Below, piece after piece: positions 9,594 through 18,306 of a stretch of DNA of 64,000 bases (positions within the stretch are counted from its first letter, which is position 1; each line of letters starts with the position of its first letter). Location: NCBI GenBank assembly GCA_964412195.1, contig CAYPNP010000003.1, forward strand, positions 160,386 to 224,385. Reading direction: 5' to 3'. This stretch comes from an uncultured Acidobacteriota bacterium. GTDB taxonomy: Bacteria > Acidobacteriota > JAAYUB01. The notes under the pieces were generated by a model. That model was given only the letters and a program-made list of their open reading frames with translations. It was not told where the DNA came from and searched no databases. The translations under genes and the position numbers were made by a program.

Positions 9594-10094
9594 TTATGGT
9601 TTTTCCAGTTTCATCAACTCTTCGATCAGGGTGGTGATGTGGGACATCTCCTCCTGGATGATCTTGTCGACTTTGCCTCGGCCCCGGTCGACGGGGACCA
9701 TCTCCTTGATCCCGACATAGAAGGCGATGGACTCCTTCTCCAGGCCGATGGCCGTCTCGAGGATCTGGGCGAGGGATGTGCCGCGCGAGATCGTCTTGCC
9801 GGGGTCCTTGTCCGCGCGGAAGACGTGCTTGTCCACCCAGGCGCGGAGATACCTCAGCGCTTCCTGCCCGGGGTCGTTCAGCGTCTTGAACATGGCGTCG
9901 CCGATGAGGGACTTCCGGAGCGCCTGGAAGGTCATCTCGTGGACGTCCTCCATCGCGGCGAGCTTCTGCAGCAACTCGTTGGCCTGCGCCCCGACGGACT
10001 GGGCGGCGGCGGCCCGGTAGAACTTCGCGCCGTTGCGCTCGAATTGCTCGGCCATTTCAAAGATCTCGTCGGCATTCAGCAAACCGCTCATCAT
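9594..10094 (-). CDS. rubrerythrin-family ferritin-like diiron protein, paralog C
   Basis: ExxH pairs (ERNGAKFY/MEDVHE, LEKESIAFY/EEMSH); start MMSGLL chosen instead of the long N-terminal extension in the ORF track. Confidence 0.7.
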   Translation of the reverse strand: MMSGLLNADEIFEMAEQFERNGAKFYRAAAAQSVGAQANELLQKLAAMEDVHEMTFQALRKSLIGDAMFKTLNDPGQEALRYLRAWVDKHVFRADKDPGKTISRGTSLAQILETAIGLEKESIAFYVGIKEMVPVDRGRGKVDKIIQEEMSHITTLIEELMKLEKP

Positions 10095-10188
10095 AGCCTC
10101 CTTGTGCCAGGGTGCCGGGAACCGGCTGCCGGATCCCCTGGCCGGTTCCCGCCGCCCGAACGGGGCGGGCCGCTTCCCGGAAAGGTCT

Positions 10189-10641
10189 TCAGTTTTCGGG
10201 CTGGACAATCCGGTCGTACTCCAGCTCGAAACGCAGCTTGTGCTTGGCTTCCTCCTGGGCCAGCGCCAGCAGGGTCCGGCCAAGGGCCGGATCGGCGGCG
10301 CGATCGGCCATGTCGGTGTACAGCCGGTAGGCGGCCTTTTCCATCTTCATGGCCAGCACCAGGGCGTCCCCATAGGTCATATCCGGGGACGGATCGCCGA
10401 CGACGGTGTAGTCGGCGATCTTCAGGTCGAGGATCTTCTCGCGGGAGGGCTCCAGCGCCTGCCCCGCCTTGATCTGGAGCAGCTTGGCCTTGTGGCCCAG
10501 CTCCTCCCGGGCGAAATCCTCGAATGCCTGTTTCATCCAGGGTCGGTCCATTCTTTCGGCCAGCCCGTTGTAGAACACGGCCGAGGCGAGTTCCTTGCCG
10601 ATGGCGAAGTCCAGGATCTCGTCGACGGAGTTGAAATTCAT
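10189..10641 (-). CDS. rubrerythrin-family ferritin-like diiron protein, paralog B
   Basis: ExxH pairs (ELASAVFY/EELGHK, MEKAAYRLY/EEAKHK). Confidence 0.7.
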   Translation of the reverse strand: MNFNSVDEILDFAIGKELASAVFYNGLAERMDRPWMKQAFEDFAREELGHKAKLLQIKAGQALEPSREKILDLKIADYTVVGDPSPDMTYGDALVLAMKMEKAAYRLYTDMADRAADPALGRTLLALAQEEAKHKLRFELEYDRIVQPEN

Positions 10642-10653
10642 GGCGGCCCCGGG

Positions 10654-11151
10654 CTAGTACGGCCAGAACTGGTTGTCGTTCCAAACGCTTTCCTGCAGCG
10701 CCCGGTCCAGGGAGGCCAGCAGGTGGAGGTGGGTTTTCTCCCAATCGGCCAGCCACTGGTAAATTTCCTTCTCGACGGGATCGCCGGCGGTGGTCGCGCG
10801 GTCGGAGTAGAACCGCACGGCGCGGTCTTCCATGGCCATCGCGGCCGAGATCGCCGCCGCCTCGTAGCCCGCGGCGGCCACCTTGCCGCGGATCTCCCCG
10901 CTGATGACGGCCTCGGCGAAATCCTCGCCCTTGACGTGCTTGACGGGCTCAAACTGACCGCTTTTGCCCAGGCTCTTCATCTGGCGGGAGAGGATGTCGA
11001 TGTGGCTGTCCTCTTCCGCCGACATGGTCTGGAACACTTTTTTGATCGGGGCGCTGGTGGCTTCGCGGGCGTTGTGCTCGTAGAAGGCCTTGCCTTTCAT
11101 TTCCAGCAGGATCGCGCCTTTGAGGATCTCCATTGCCTTCGACTTGTCCAT
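10654..11151 (-). CDS. rubrerythrin-family ferritin-like diiron protein, paralog A
   Basis: ExxH pairs (EMKGKAFY/EEDSH, MEDRAVRFY/EKTHLH); start MDKSKAMEIL. Confidence 0.7.
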   Translation of the reverse strand: MDKSKAMEILKGAILLEMKGKAFYEHNAREATSAPIKKVFQTMSAEEDSHIDILSRQMKSLGKSGQFEPVKHVKGEDFAEAVISGEIRGKVAAAGYEAAAISAAMAMEDRAVRFYSDRATTAGDPVEKEIYQWLADWEKTHLHLLASLDRALQESVWNDNQFWPY

Positions 11152-11219
11152 GTGCCGTGCTCCTCTGCAAGTATTTGGGCCATTATAGCAGAGGCCGGCG
11201 CGGAGAGCCAACCGGGAAT

Positions 11220-11460
11220 TGCGGGCCGCGGCGTGCCCGGTAATTGATGCCCAATGACCGATGACCGGTGAACGATGACCGGCGACGGGCCATGCCGACT
11301 GCGAAATGGCATGCCTGCTTCATCGATATCGGAGTCGGTTTTCGCAGTCGATTCCAAGATCGGTTCCTGACGGCGATACCGATGCCTCCGGTCCCGAGCC
11401 CCCAGACCCGAGCCCCCAGATCCGATGTCCGACATCCGAATTCCGATGTCCGCACCGGTT
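11220..11460. repeat. intergenic heptamer arrays (CCGGTGA/CCGATGA family and CCGATGT/CCGAAGT family)
   Basis: ccaatgaccgatgaccggtgaacgatgaccggcgacggg and cccagatccgatgtccgacatccgaattccgatgtccg. Confidence 0.7.
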
Positions 11461-11505
11461 GCGGCGGAGCGGGGAATCCGCTACCATGGGGGCGGGAGCG
11501 GCACG

Positions 11506-12789
11506 ATGGAACACGACGAGATCCTGCACTGGCTGACAGAGACCGGCGAAGCGGCGCTGGAGCAGCTCTGGCGCCGGGCCGACGAAGTCCGGCGCCGGCA
11601 CGTCGGCGACGCGGTCCACCTGCGCGGGCTGGTGGAGTTCTCCAACCACTGCGCCCGGCAGTGCGGGTACTGCGGCATCCGGGCCGGCAACACCCGGCTG
11701 GCGCGCTACCGGATGAGCGCCGACGAGATCCTGGAGTGCGCCCGGCTGGCCGCCCGGCTGGGCTACGGCACGGTCGTCCTGCAGTCCGGCGAGGACCCCG
11801 GCACCCGGCGCGCCTGGATGGCGGACGTGGTCCGGCGGATCCGCGCGGAAACGGGGCTGGCGGTGACGCTCAGCCTGGGTGAGCGCAGCGACGCCGACCT
11901 GCGGGCGTGGCGCGAGGCCGGCGCCGGCCGGTACCTCCTGCGGTTCGAGACCTCCAACCCGGTTCTCTTCCGGAAGATCCACCCGCCCCGGCGCGGCCGC
12001 GGGAGCGACCGGATCGCCCTGCTGCGTCGGTTGCGAGGCCTCGGCTACGAGGTCGGCAGCGGGGCCATGATCGGTATCCCCGGCCAGACGTACGGTGACC
12101 TCGCCCGGGACCTCGAGCTGTTCAGGGAGCTGGACCTGGACATGATCGGAGTCGGGCCGTTCCTCCCTCATCCTGCTACGCCTCTGGGTCAACCAGAGGA
12201 CGCGGGGACGGGGGGACGGGGAGACGGGGGGACGAGCCGGATCGAACATCGAACATCGAACATTGAACATCGAACATCGAACTCAATCCGCGATCCGCAC
12301 TCCGCAAACCGGGAACTCACCACAAAGGCACAAAGAACACAAAGACAAGATTGGGATTCCAATTCGAAATCCGCGATCCGCAATCCGAGATCCGATGTCC
12401 GAGATCCGATGTCCGAAGATCGCACTCCGCATTCCGCACTCCGCACTCCGCATGATTCCGAACAGGTTCCCAACTCGGAATTGATGACCTACAAGGTGGT
12501 GGCGCTGGCCCGGCTGATCTGTCCGGACGCCAACATCCCCAGCACCACGGCGCTGGCCACGGTCAACCGGGAGTCCGGACGCGAGCTGGGTCTGCAGCGG
12601 GGCGCCAATGTCGTCATGCCCAACCTGACGCCGCCGCGCTACCGGGCCGGTTACGAAATCTACCCGGCCAAGGCCTGCCTCCAGGAAACGCCGGAGCAAT
12701 GCCACGGCTGCCTGCTGGCGCGCATCGCGTCCATCGGCCGGACCGTGGGCGAGGGGCCGGGGGAGTCTCCCCGATTCAGGAAGCGGTGA
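11506..12789 (+). CDS. radical SAM protein of the HydE/BioB/ThiH family carrying an in-frame insertion of about 97 codons of heptamer-repeat origin (function may be disrupted)
   Basis: EFSNHCARQCGYCGIR CX3CX2C radical SAM motif; HydE-like C-terminus ICPDANIPSTTALAT...GANVVMPNLTP; start MEHDEIL chosen because the first 27 codons of the ORF lie in repeat DNA. Confidence 0.65.
   Translation: MEHDEILHWLTETGEAALEQLWRRADEVRRRHVGDAVHLRGLVEFSNHCARQCGYCGIRAGNTRLARYRMSADEILECARLAARLGYGTVVLQSGEDPGTRRAWMADVVRRIRAETGLAVTLSLGERSDADLRAWREAGAGRYLLRFETSNPVLFRKIHPPRRGRGSDRIALLRRLRGLGYEVGSGAMIGIPGQTYGDLARDLELFRELDLDMIGVGPFLPHPATPLGQPEDAGTGGRGDGGTSRIEHRTSNIEHRTSNSIRDPHSANRELTTKAQRTQRQDWDSNSKSAIRNPRSDVRDPMSEDRTPHSALRTPHDSEQVPNSELMTYKVVALARLICPDANIPSTTALATVNRESGRELGLQRGANVVMPNLTPPRYRAGYEIYPAKACLQETPEQCHGCLLARIASIGRTVGEGPGESPRFRKR
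12190..12480. repeat. intragenic repeat module: CGAACAT, CCGAGAT/CCGATGT, CACAAAG and CACTCCG heptamer arrays inserted in frame in the radical SAM gene
   Basis: atcgaacatcgaacatcgaacattgaacatcgaacatcgaac translates as IEHRTSNIEHRTSN; ccgagatccgatgtccgagatccgatgtccga; cgcactccgcattccgcactccgcactccgca. Confidence 0.8.
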
Positions 12790-12794
12790 GACAC

Positions 12795-12945
12795 TGGATC
12801 GTCTCTCTCGTGTGAATTGATTCAATTGCGGATTGCGGATTGCGAATTGAACGGATTGCGGATTTCGGATTGCGGATTGAAACCTAGGCTTGTCTTTGTG
12901 TCCTTTGTGCCTTCGTGGTGAGTTCCCGGCTTGCGGCTTGAGGTT
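12795..12945. repeat. GCGGATT heptamer array plus CTTTGTG array, inverted relative to the intragenic module
   Basis: ttgcggattgcggattgcgaattgaacggattgcggatttcggattgcggatt; 12893-12930 is the reverse complement of 12311-12350. Confidence 0.7.
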
Positions 12946-12950
12946 TTCCA

Positions 12951-13826
12951 GTGATCTGGCTGCCGCTGGCGCTTCTGTGCGCCTTCTCCCTGGCCACCAG
13001 CGACGCCCTGGTGAAGAAGTTGTTCCCGAGCCGGGACGCCGTCGCCGTGGCCTGGCTGCGCCTGTTGCCGGGGATTCCGCTGCTCTGGACCCTGGTGGCG
13101 CTGCATCGACCGCCGGTGCCCGGACCTGACTTCTACTGGGCCACCGCCCTCGCCGTGCCGCTGGACACCTTCGCGCTGGTCCTCTACATCCGGGCAATCC
13201 AGTCCTCGCCGCTGAGCCTGACCCTGCCGCTGCTCGCATTAACTCCGGCGCTGCTCCTGGTCATCCCCGCCGCGCTCCTGGGGGAACGGCTCTCTCCCGC
13301 CGGCGCCGCGGGCGTCCTGCTGATCAGCCTGGGCTGCTACGCCCTGAACATCGGCTCGGCCCGCTGCGGATTGCTCGAGCCGCTGCGGGCGCTGGCACGC
13401 GAGAAGGGCGCCCGGCTCATGCTGGCGGTGGCGGTGATCTACGGCTGCACCTCCACCCTGGGCAAGATCGGCGTCACCGCGGCCAGCCCGCTGCTCTTCG
13501 GCGCGGCCTACTTCACCGCCATGGGCGCGCTGGTGACGCCGTTCGCGCTGGCGGGAAGGCGGCGGGCCGCCCTGGCGGCGGTCCGGCAGGAGCTGGGGAC
13601 GTCGCGGGCGCTGCTACCCGGCCTGGCGTACGGCGCCATGATCGTGTTCCACATGTTGGCGCTGAGCCTGGCCCCGGTGGCCTACATGATCGCGGTCAAG
13701 CGGCTCAGCCTGCTGATCGGGGTCCTGTACGGCCGCTTCCTGTTCGGCGAGGGGCGCTTCCGCGAACGGATCGCCGGCGCGGTACTGATGCTCGCCGGCG
13801 TCCTGCTCATCGGCCTCTTCCCCTGA
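12951..13826 (+). CDS. EamA/DMT-superfamily transporter
   Basis: About 10 predicted transmembrane helices; duplicated EamA-like halves; GTG start. Confidence 0.7.
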   Translation: MIWLPLALLCAFSLATSDALVKKLFPSRDAVAVAWLRLLPGIPLLWTLVALHRPPVPGPDFYWATALAVPLDTFALVLYIRAIQSSPLSLTLPLLALTPALLLVIPAALLGERLSPAGAAGVLLISLGCYALNIGSARCGLLEPLRALAREKGARLMLAVAVIYGCTSTLGKIGVTAASPLLFGAAYFTAMGALVTPFALAGRRRAALAAVRQELGTSRALLPGLAYGAMIVFHMLALSLAPVAYMIAVKRLSLLIGVLYGRFLFGEGRFRERIAGAVLMLAGVLLIGLFP

Positions 13827-13856
13827 CGCCGACCGCCTTCGGGCAGCGCGGCACCC

Positions 13857-15230
13857 CTAGCCCCGTCGCGGCCGGAATCCGTACTTCTCCATCTTGTAGC
13901 GCAGGTTCTTCTCGCTGATGCCCAGCGTCTCGGCGGCCCGGGTCTGGACCTGGCCGGCGTCCTCCAGCGCCTGCCGGATGCGGGCCTTCTCCAGGGCCTC
14001 CACGGCCTCCGGCAGGGGCATCTGCCGGATCTGCTCCTCCAGCGCATCGCCCGCCGCCGGCTTCAGACCGGGGAAATCCTCCGGCTGCAGCAGGGAGGAA
14101 CGGGTCAGCACCATCGCCCGCTCGACCAGGTTCTCCAGCTCGCGGACGTTGCCGGGGAAGTCGAATCCCATCAGCAGGTGGAGGGCGTCCCGGCTGATGC
14201 CCGTGACCGGGCCGGGGGCGCTGCGGGCGTACTTGCGGATGAAATGGTCCACCAGGGCGGGGATGTCTTCCTTGCGCTCCCGCAGCGGGGGCAGGGCCAG
14301 GGTGATGATGTTCAGGCGGTAATACAGGTCGCTGCGGAAGCGGCCCTCGGCGGCCAGGCGGGCCAGGTCCTGGTTGGTGGCGGTGATGAGGCGGAAGTCC
14401 GCCGGGATGTCCTGGTTGCTGCCGAGGCGCTGTATGATCCGCTCCTGGAGCACCCGCAGCAGCTTGACCTGCAGCCCGGCGGAGATCTCGCCGACCTCGT
14501 CCAGGAACAGCGTCCCCCCGGCGGCTTCCTCGAAACGCCCGATCCGGCGGCGGTCGGCGCCGGTGAACGCCCCCCTTTCGTGGCCGAAGAGCTCGCTTTC
14601 CAGCAGATTCTCGTTGAGGGCGGCGCAGTTCACCGCCACCATCCGGCCGCCGGCGCGGGCCGAGGCCTGGTGGATCGCCCGGGCCACCAGCTCCTTGCCG
14701 GTACCGCTCTCGCCCAGGATCAGGACGGTCGCGCTGGATTGGGCCGCCCGCAGGGCCAGGTTGACCAGCTCCTCCATGGCGTGGCTCTGGAAGAGGATCC
14801 CATCGAAACCGGCGCGGGGGGCGAGCTGCTCCTTGAGGCGGACGTTTTCCTCCAGGATGGTCTTCTGGCGGAGCAGGTTGCGGACCTTGATCTCCACCTC
14901 GTCCAGGTCGAGGGGCTTGGTCAGGTAGTCGGCGGCGCCCTTCTTCATGATCTCCACGGCCCGCTGCACCGAGCTGAAGGCGGTGAACAGCACGAAGGGA
15001 GTCTGTGGGTACTCATGACGGACGAACTCGAGGATCTCCTCGCCGGTCCCGTCCCCCAAGCGGAAGTCCGAGAGCACCAGGTCGGTCCGCTCCTCCTTCA
15101 GCTGAGCCTTGGCTTCGGCCACGGAGGCGGCGCCGCGGGCCCGGTAGCCCAGGTCGCGCAGGTGATCCACCAGCAGTCCGCGCTGGTTCGCTTCATCGTC
15201 CACCACGAGCAGGTTGAAGTCGCTTTCCAT
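13857..15230 (-). CDS. sigma54-dependent response regulator (NtrC/AtoC family: REC plus AAA+ plus Fis HTH)
   Basis: LLVVDDE receiver; GESGTGKE Walker A; GAFTGA sigma54-contact motif; C-terminal Fis-type HTH. Confidence 0.9.
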   Translation of the reverse strand: MESDFNLLVVDDEANQRGLLVDHLRDLGYRARGAASVAEAKAQLKEERTDLVLSDFRLGDGTGEEILEFVRHEYPQTPFVLFTAFSSVQRAVEIMKKGAADYLTKPLDLDEVEIKVRNLLRQKTILEENVRLKEQLAPRAGFDGILFQSHAMEELVNLALRAAQSSATVLILGESGTGKELVARAIHQASARAGGRMVAVNCAALNENLLESELFGHERGAFTGADRRRIGRFEEAAGGTLFLDEVGEISAGLQVKLLRVLQERIIQRLGSNQDIPADFRLITATNQDLARLAAEGRFRSDLYYRLNIITLALPPLRERKEDIPALVDHFIRKYARSAPGPVTGISRDALHLLMGFDFPGNVRELENLVERAMVLTRSSLLQPEDFPGLKPAAGDALEEQIRQMPLPEAVEALEKARIRQALEDAGQVQTRAAETLGISEKNLRYKMEKYGFRPRRG

Positions 15231-15236
15231 CCGGAA

Positions 15237-17333
15237 CTATCCTTCTCCGTCGATTTGAGTCGCCGGCGCCGCCGGAGTTCTTTCTCCGGGCGGATCCTCC
15301 AGGAGGTCGGAGGCAGGGACCGTCACCGTGACCACGGCCCCGCCGCCGGGCCGGTTGGCCAGGGCCAGCTGCCAGCCGTGGGCCTTCAAGATTTCCGCAC
15401 TCAGGCTCAGACCGAGCCCCGTCCCCTGGCGGCGCGTGGTGTAGAACGGTTCCAGGGCCCGCTGCAGCGCCTCGGGGGTGAACCCCGGCCCCGTGTCGGC
15501 CACCTCCAGACGCAGGCGGCTGTCTTCCCTCACCCACCCCAGGGTGATCTCGCCGCCGCCGTCGAGGTTGTCGATGGCGTTCTGAACGAGGTTGATCAGC
15601 ACCCGGAAGAGCTGGTCCTCGTCGGCTGAAAGTCGCAAGGAAACCTCCGCCGATTCCACCTGGAGGCGGATCCCGAGGCGTTCTGCAGTTTCGATGAACA
15701 TCGCCCGGACGCGCTCCAGCAGGGGCGGAAGCGCCACCGGCTCCCGGTGGAGCTGGACCGGCCGGGCGTAGATCAGGAGGTCCTCCACCAGCCGGTTGAG
15801 CCGGCGGGACTCCTCGTCCAGGACCGCCAGGGCGTTGCGGTTCCGCTCGTCCGCCACCGGATCCAGCCGCCGGCGCAACGTCTGCACCGACATGGAAAGG
15901 GCGTTGAGCGGGTTGCGGATCTCGTGGGCCACCGCCGCCACCAGCCGGCCGAGCGCCGCCAGGTGCTCCTCCCGGTGGCTTCTGTTTTCCAGCGCCTTCT
16001 GGCGGGTGACGTCCCGCAGCAGCAGCAGGCGCGCCGGCGGACCTCCGGGTTCTTCCGGGAACGCCTGGCAGCTGGCCAGGAAGAGCCGGTCCCGCCAGGA
16101 CAGGTAGACCGCCTCCGCCGGCGCCGCGGCGTCCTCCGACCGGCAGTCTTCCAAGGCGCCGGTCAGGGCGTGCGGCAGGGCGTCGCCGGCGCGGAGGCCC
16201 AGCTCGGACTCGGCCCGCGGGTTGGCCCGGAGGATGCGCCCGGTCTCATCGACCACCAGCAGGGACTCCACCATCCGCTGGGTGATCCGGTCGGACATGG
16301 ACAGGCTGCGGGCGTAGCGCGAGCGCAGGAACCGGTAGTTCTGGGCCGTGAAAATCAGGCCGAAGAGGATCCCGCCGCCGAGCAGGAGCGCCAGGCTCAT
16401 CCCGGCGTCCCGCCAGGCCAGCTCCCGCAGCCGGTCGTGGTAAAACGTGAGGTCCACGCCCACCCGGAACAGCGCCCGGTACCCCTCCTCCAGCTCGAAC
16501 GGCACCGCCCCTTCCAGCACCTCCCGGCCGCGATGGGTGGTGAAGCGGAAGGTCCGGCGGTTTTCGGCGAAAGCCTCGCGAAGCTCGGGCACGCTGCCGA
16601 TGGAGGCGACCTCCTCCACGCCCGGGGTGGCGCTGATGGGGCCGTCCTCGTCCTGGATGACCGCGTAGACGATGGAAGGGTTGCCGGCCAGGCGGGCCAG
16701 GGCCGGGCCCAGGCCGACCCGCTGCCGGTAGCGGTCGAGCTGCTCCGCCGGGGCAGTCACGACGATGGCGCCACCGCCCGGCCGCGCCACGGCGACGGCG
16801 AACCGGCGGCCTCCTCCGAACCGGGCTTCGCGAAAACCGATGACCAGGTCCGGGACGGTCCCGTCCAGGATGGGGCCGAGGATGTTCCGCCGCTCGGCCG
16901 TTTCCTCGCCGGATCCCGCGGGCGGGGGATCTCCGCTGGACAGGACGCGTCGGCCGTCCCGGTCGAAGAGATGAATCCGCTGGAGGTCGAACCGGGCCGC
17001 GACCGCTCCCAGCCGGGAGGCGGACAGGGGGCCTTCCCCGTCGAGGTGGGCGACGAAGCGGGCGGAAGCGAGCAGCCGGCGGGCGATCTCTTCCTGCAGC
17101 GCGTCGTAGGCGCCCAGGGAGGCCGTGGCGCTTTGGATCAGGGGCTCGGTCAGAACGGCCACGTTGTCCTGGAGGAGCCGCCGCAGTTCCCGCTCCGTGT
17201 TGCGGTAGTCGGAATACCCGTTCCAGGCCAGCAGCAGGGCGAGCGCCAGAAGGCCGGCCGAGGGGAGGATCCACCCGGCCGGGCGGGAGCCGTTCCCCCG
17301 CGGCGTCAGTGGGCGCTGGGTTCGGGCTGCCAT
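15237..17333 (-). CDS. sensor histidine kinase with about 290-aa periplasmic domain, PAS, HisKA and HATPase_c
   Basis: H-box AHEIRNPLN; N and G boxes (LVQNAIDN, GTGLGLS); two transmembrane segments; start MAARTQRPL is uncertain and the ORF-track start at 17960 is rejected. Confidence 0.75.
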   Translation of the reverse strand: MAARTQRPLTPRGNGSRPAGWILPSAGLLALALLLAWNGYSDYRNTERELRRLLQDNVAVLTEPLIQSATASLGAYDALQEEIARRLLASARFVAHLDGEGPLSASRLGAVAARFDLQRIHLFDRDGRRVLSSGDPPPAGSGEETAERRNILGPILDGTVPDLVIGFREARFGGGRRFAVAVARPGGGAIVVTAPAEQLDRYRQRVGLGPALARLAGNPSIVYAVIQDEDGPISATPGVEEVASIGSVPELREAFAENRRTFRFTTHRGREVLEGAVPFELEEGYRALFRVGVDLTFYHDRLRELAWRDAGMSLALLLGGGILFGLIFTAQNYRFLRSRYARSLSMSDRITQRMVESLLVVDETGRILRANPRAESELGLRAGDALPHALTGALEDCRSEDAAAPAEAVYLSWRDRLFLASCQAFPEEPGGPPARLLLLRDVTRQKALENRSHREEHLAALGRLVAAVAHEIRNPLNALSMSVQTLRRRLDPVADERNRNALAVLDEESRRLNRLVEDLLIYARPVQLHREPVALPPLLERVRAMFIETAERLGIRLQVESAEVSLRLSADEDQLFRVLINLVQNAIDNLDGGGEITLGWVREDSRLRLEVADTGPGFTPEALQRALEPFYTTRRQGTGLGLSLSAEILKAHGWQLALANRPGGGAVVTVTVPASDLLEDPPGERTPAAPATQIDGEG

Positions 17334-17902
17334 CGGATGGTTTCCGGGATCGAGTAGTCCGCGGGGAGGTCGGCCTTGCCGAGGCCGGCTTGCAGCAGCT
17401 TGCCCTCCAGGCGCAGGTTCTGGCCGCCGCCCTGGAGCAGGTACCACCGGATCAGGCTGCCGCCCGTGCGGGACCAGGTGAAGAAGATGGTCAGCCGCCG
17501 GCCGTCCTCGAGGGAGTACTGGGCCGGGGCAGACACGGGGAACTTGCCGTCCAGTTCCTTCTGCTGCTCCTTGGGAAGGCCGGGAATGTCCGACGCTTTC
17601 CTGACCAGCCGGGTTTCCGAATCCGGCGGCAGGCGGAGGGCCGTGTTCATGCTGCCACGGAGGGATTCCGCAAGCTTCTGGAGCTGGCGCTGCTGGTGGC
17701 GGGCCTGGAACCGGTCGTCGATGCCGTCGCCGTCCTGGTCCACGTAAGGCTGGGAGTCCCAGCCGCCCCGGTACTGCCCCCCGCCGTGCGAACCGCCCCC
17801 CCCGCCCCCGCCCCCGCGGCGCCCCTGGCCCGGAAGGTCCGCCACGGCCGTCCCGAGCAGGGCCACCATCACCAGGATTTGAGGGAAACTTCGTCTCATC
17901 AT
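17306..17902 (-). CDS. periplasmic accessory protein of the two-component system (DUF4390-like?)
   Basis: Signal peptide MMRRSFPQILVMVALLGTAVA; Gly-rich linker; overlaps the kinase start. Confidence 0.5.
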   Translation of the reverse strand: MMRRSFPQILVMVALLGTAVADLPGQGRRGGGGGGGGSHGGGQYRGGWDSQPYVDQDGDGIDDRFQARHQQRQLQKLAESLRGSMNTALRLPPDSETRLVRKASDIPGLPKEQQKELDGKFPVSAPAQYSLEDGRRLTIFFTWSRTGGSLIRWYLLQGGGQNLRLEGKLLQAGLGKADLPADYSIPETIRWQPEPSAH

Positions 17903-18248
17903 GCCTCCCCGATCTTACCATTGAATGGATTCGCAATAAAGGTGCCAGTCTGGAGTCCATCCGCGCCGCCGGTGCGCGACGGCGGAAATCCCCGTCCGGC
18001 GGAAGGTTCGGCGGGGGCGGTCGGGCGCTGGAGGACCTACGGCGGGTTCCGTTTCGGCAAAATGGACGAATGCGGGGGGCAGAAAAGTCGAATTTTCATC
18101 TCATTTAAAATCAATTAAATACGGGGTTGATGCGGGCGAACGCACGGTCGCCGTGCGATTTTGCCCCCCGATCCGGCCTCTATCGGGCGATGGCGCAACT
18201 AACTCGTATATTTCTAAATTTCAATGAATTAAGTTGTATATGACAGAT

Positions 18249-18264
18249 TGGCACGGGCGGTGCA
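18249..18264 (+). promoter_or_regulatory. sigma54 -24/-12 promoter TGGCACG-N4-GTGCA
   Basis: tggcacgggcggtgcaa fits the TGGCACG-N4-TTGCA consensus, about 40 nt upstream of the ATG at 18307 and next to a divergent sigma54 activator gene. Confidence 0.55.
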
Positions 18265-18306
18265 ATACAGGGCGGCGTGCAAGAGAAAATTTCTTGGAGG
18301 TGTTCG

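Noticed and set aside
11425-11505. ORF-track start of the radical SAM gene (MSDIRIPMSAPV...)
   Set aside because: These codons are a CCGATGT heptamer array; an internal Met with an RBS at 11506 matches the HydE-like N-terminus.
17903-18240. Possible gene in the 340-bp region upstream of the sigma54 promoter
   Set aside because: Mixed GC with AT-rich tracts and no ORF with an RBS; more likely an enhancer/UAS region for the sigma54 promoter.
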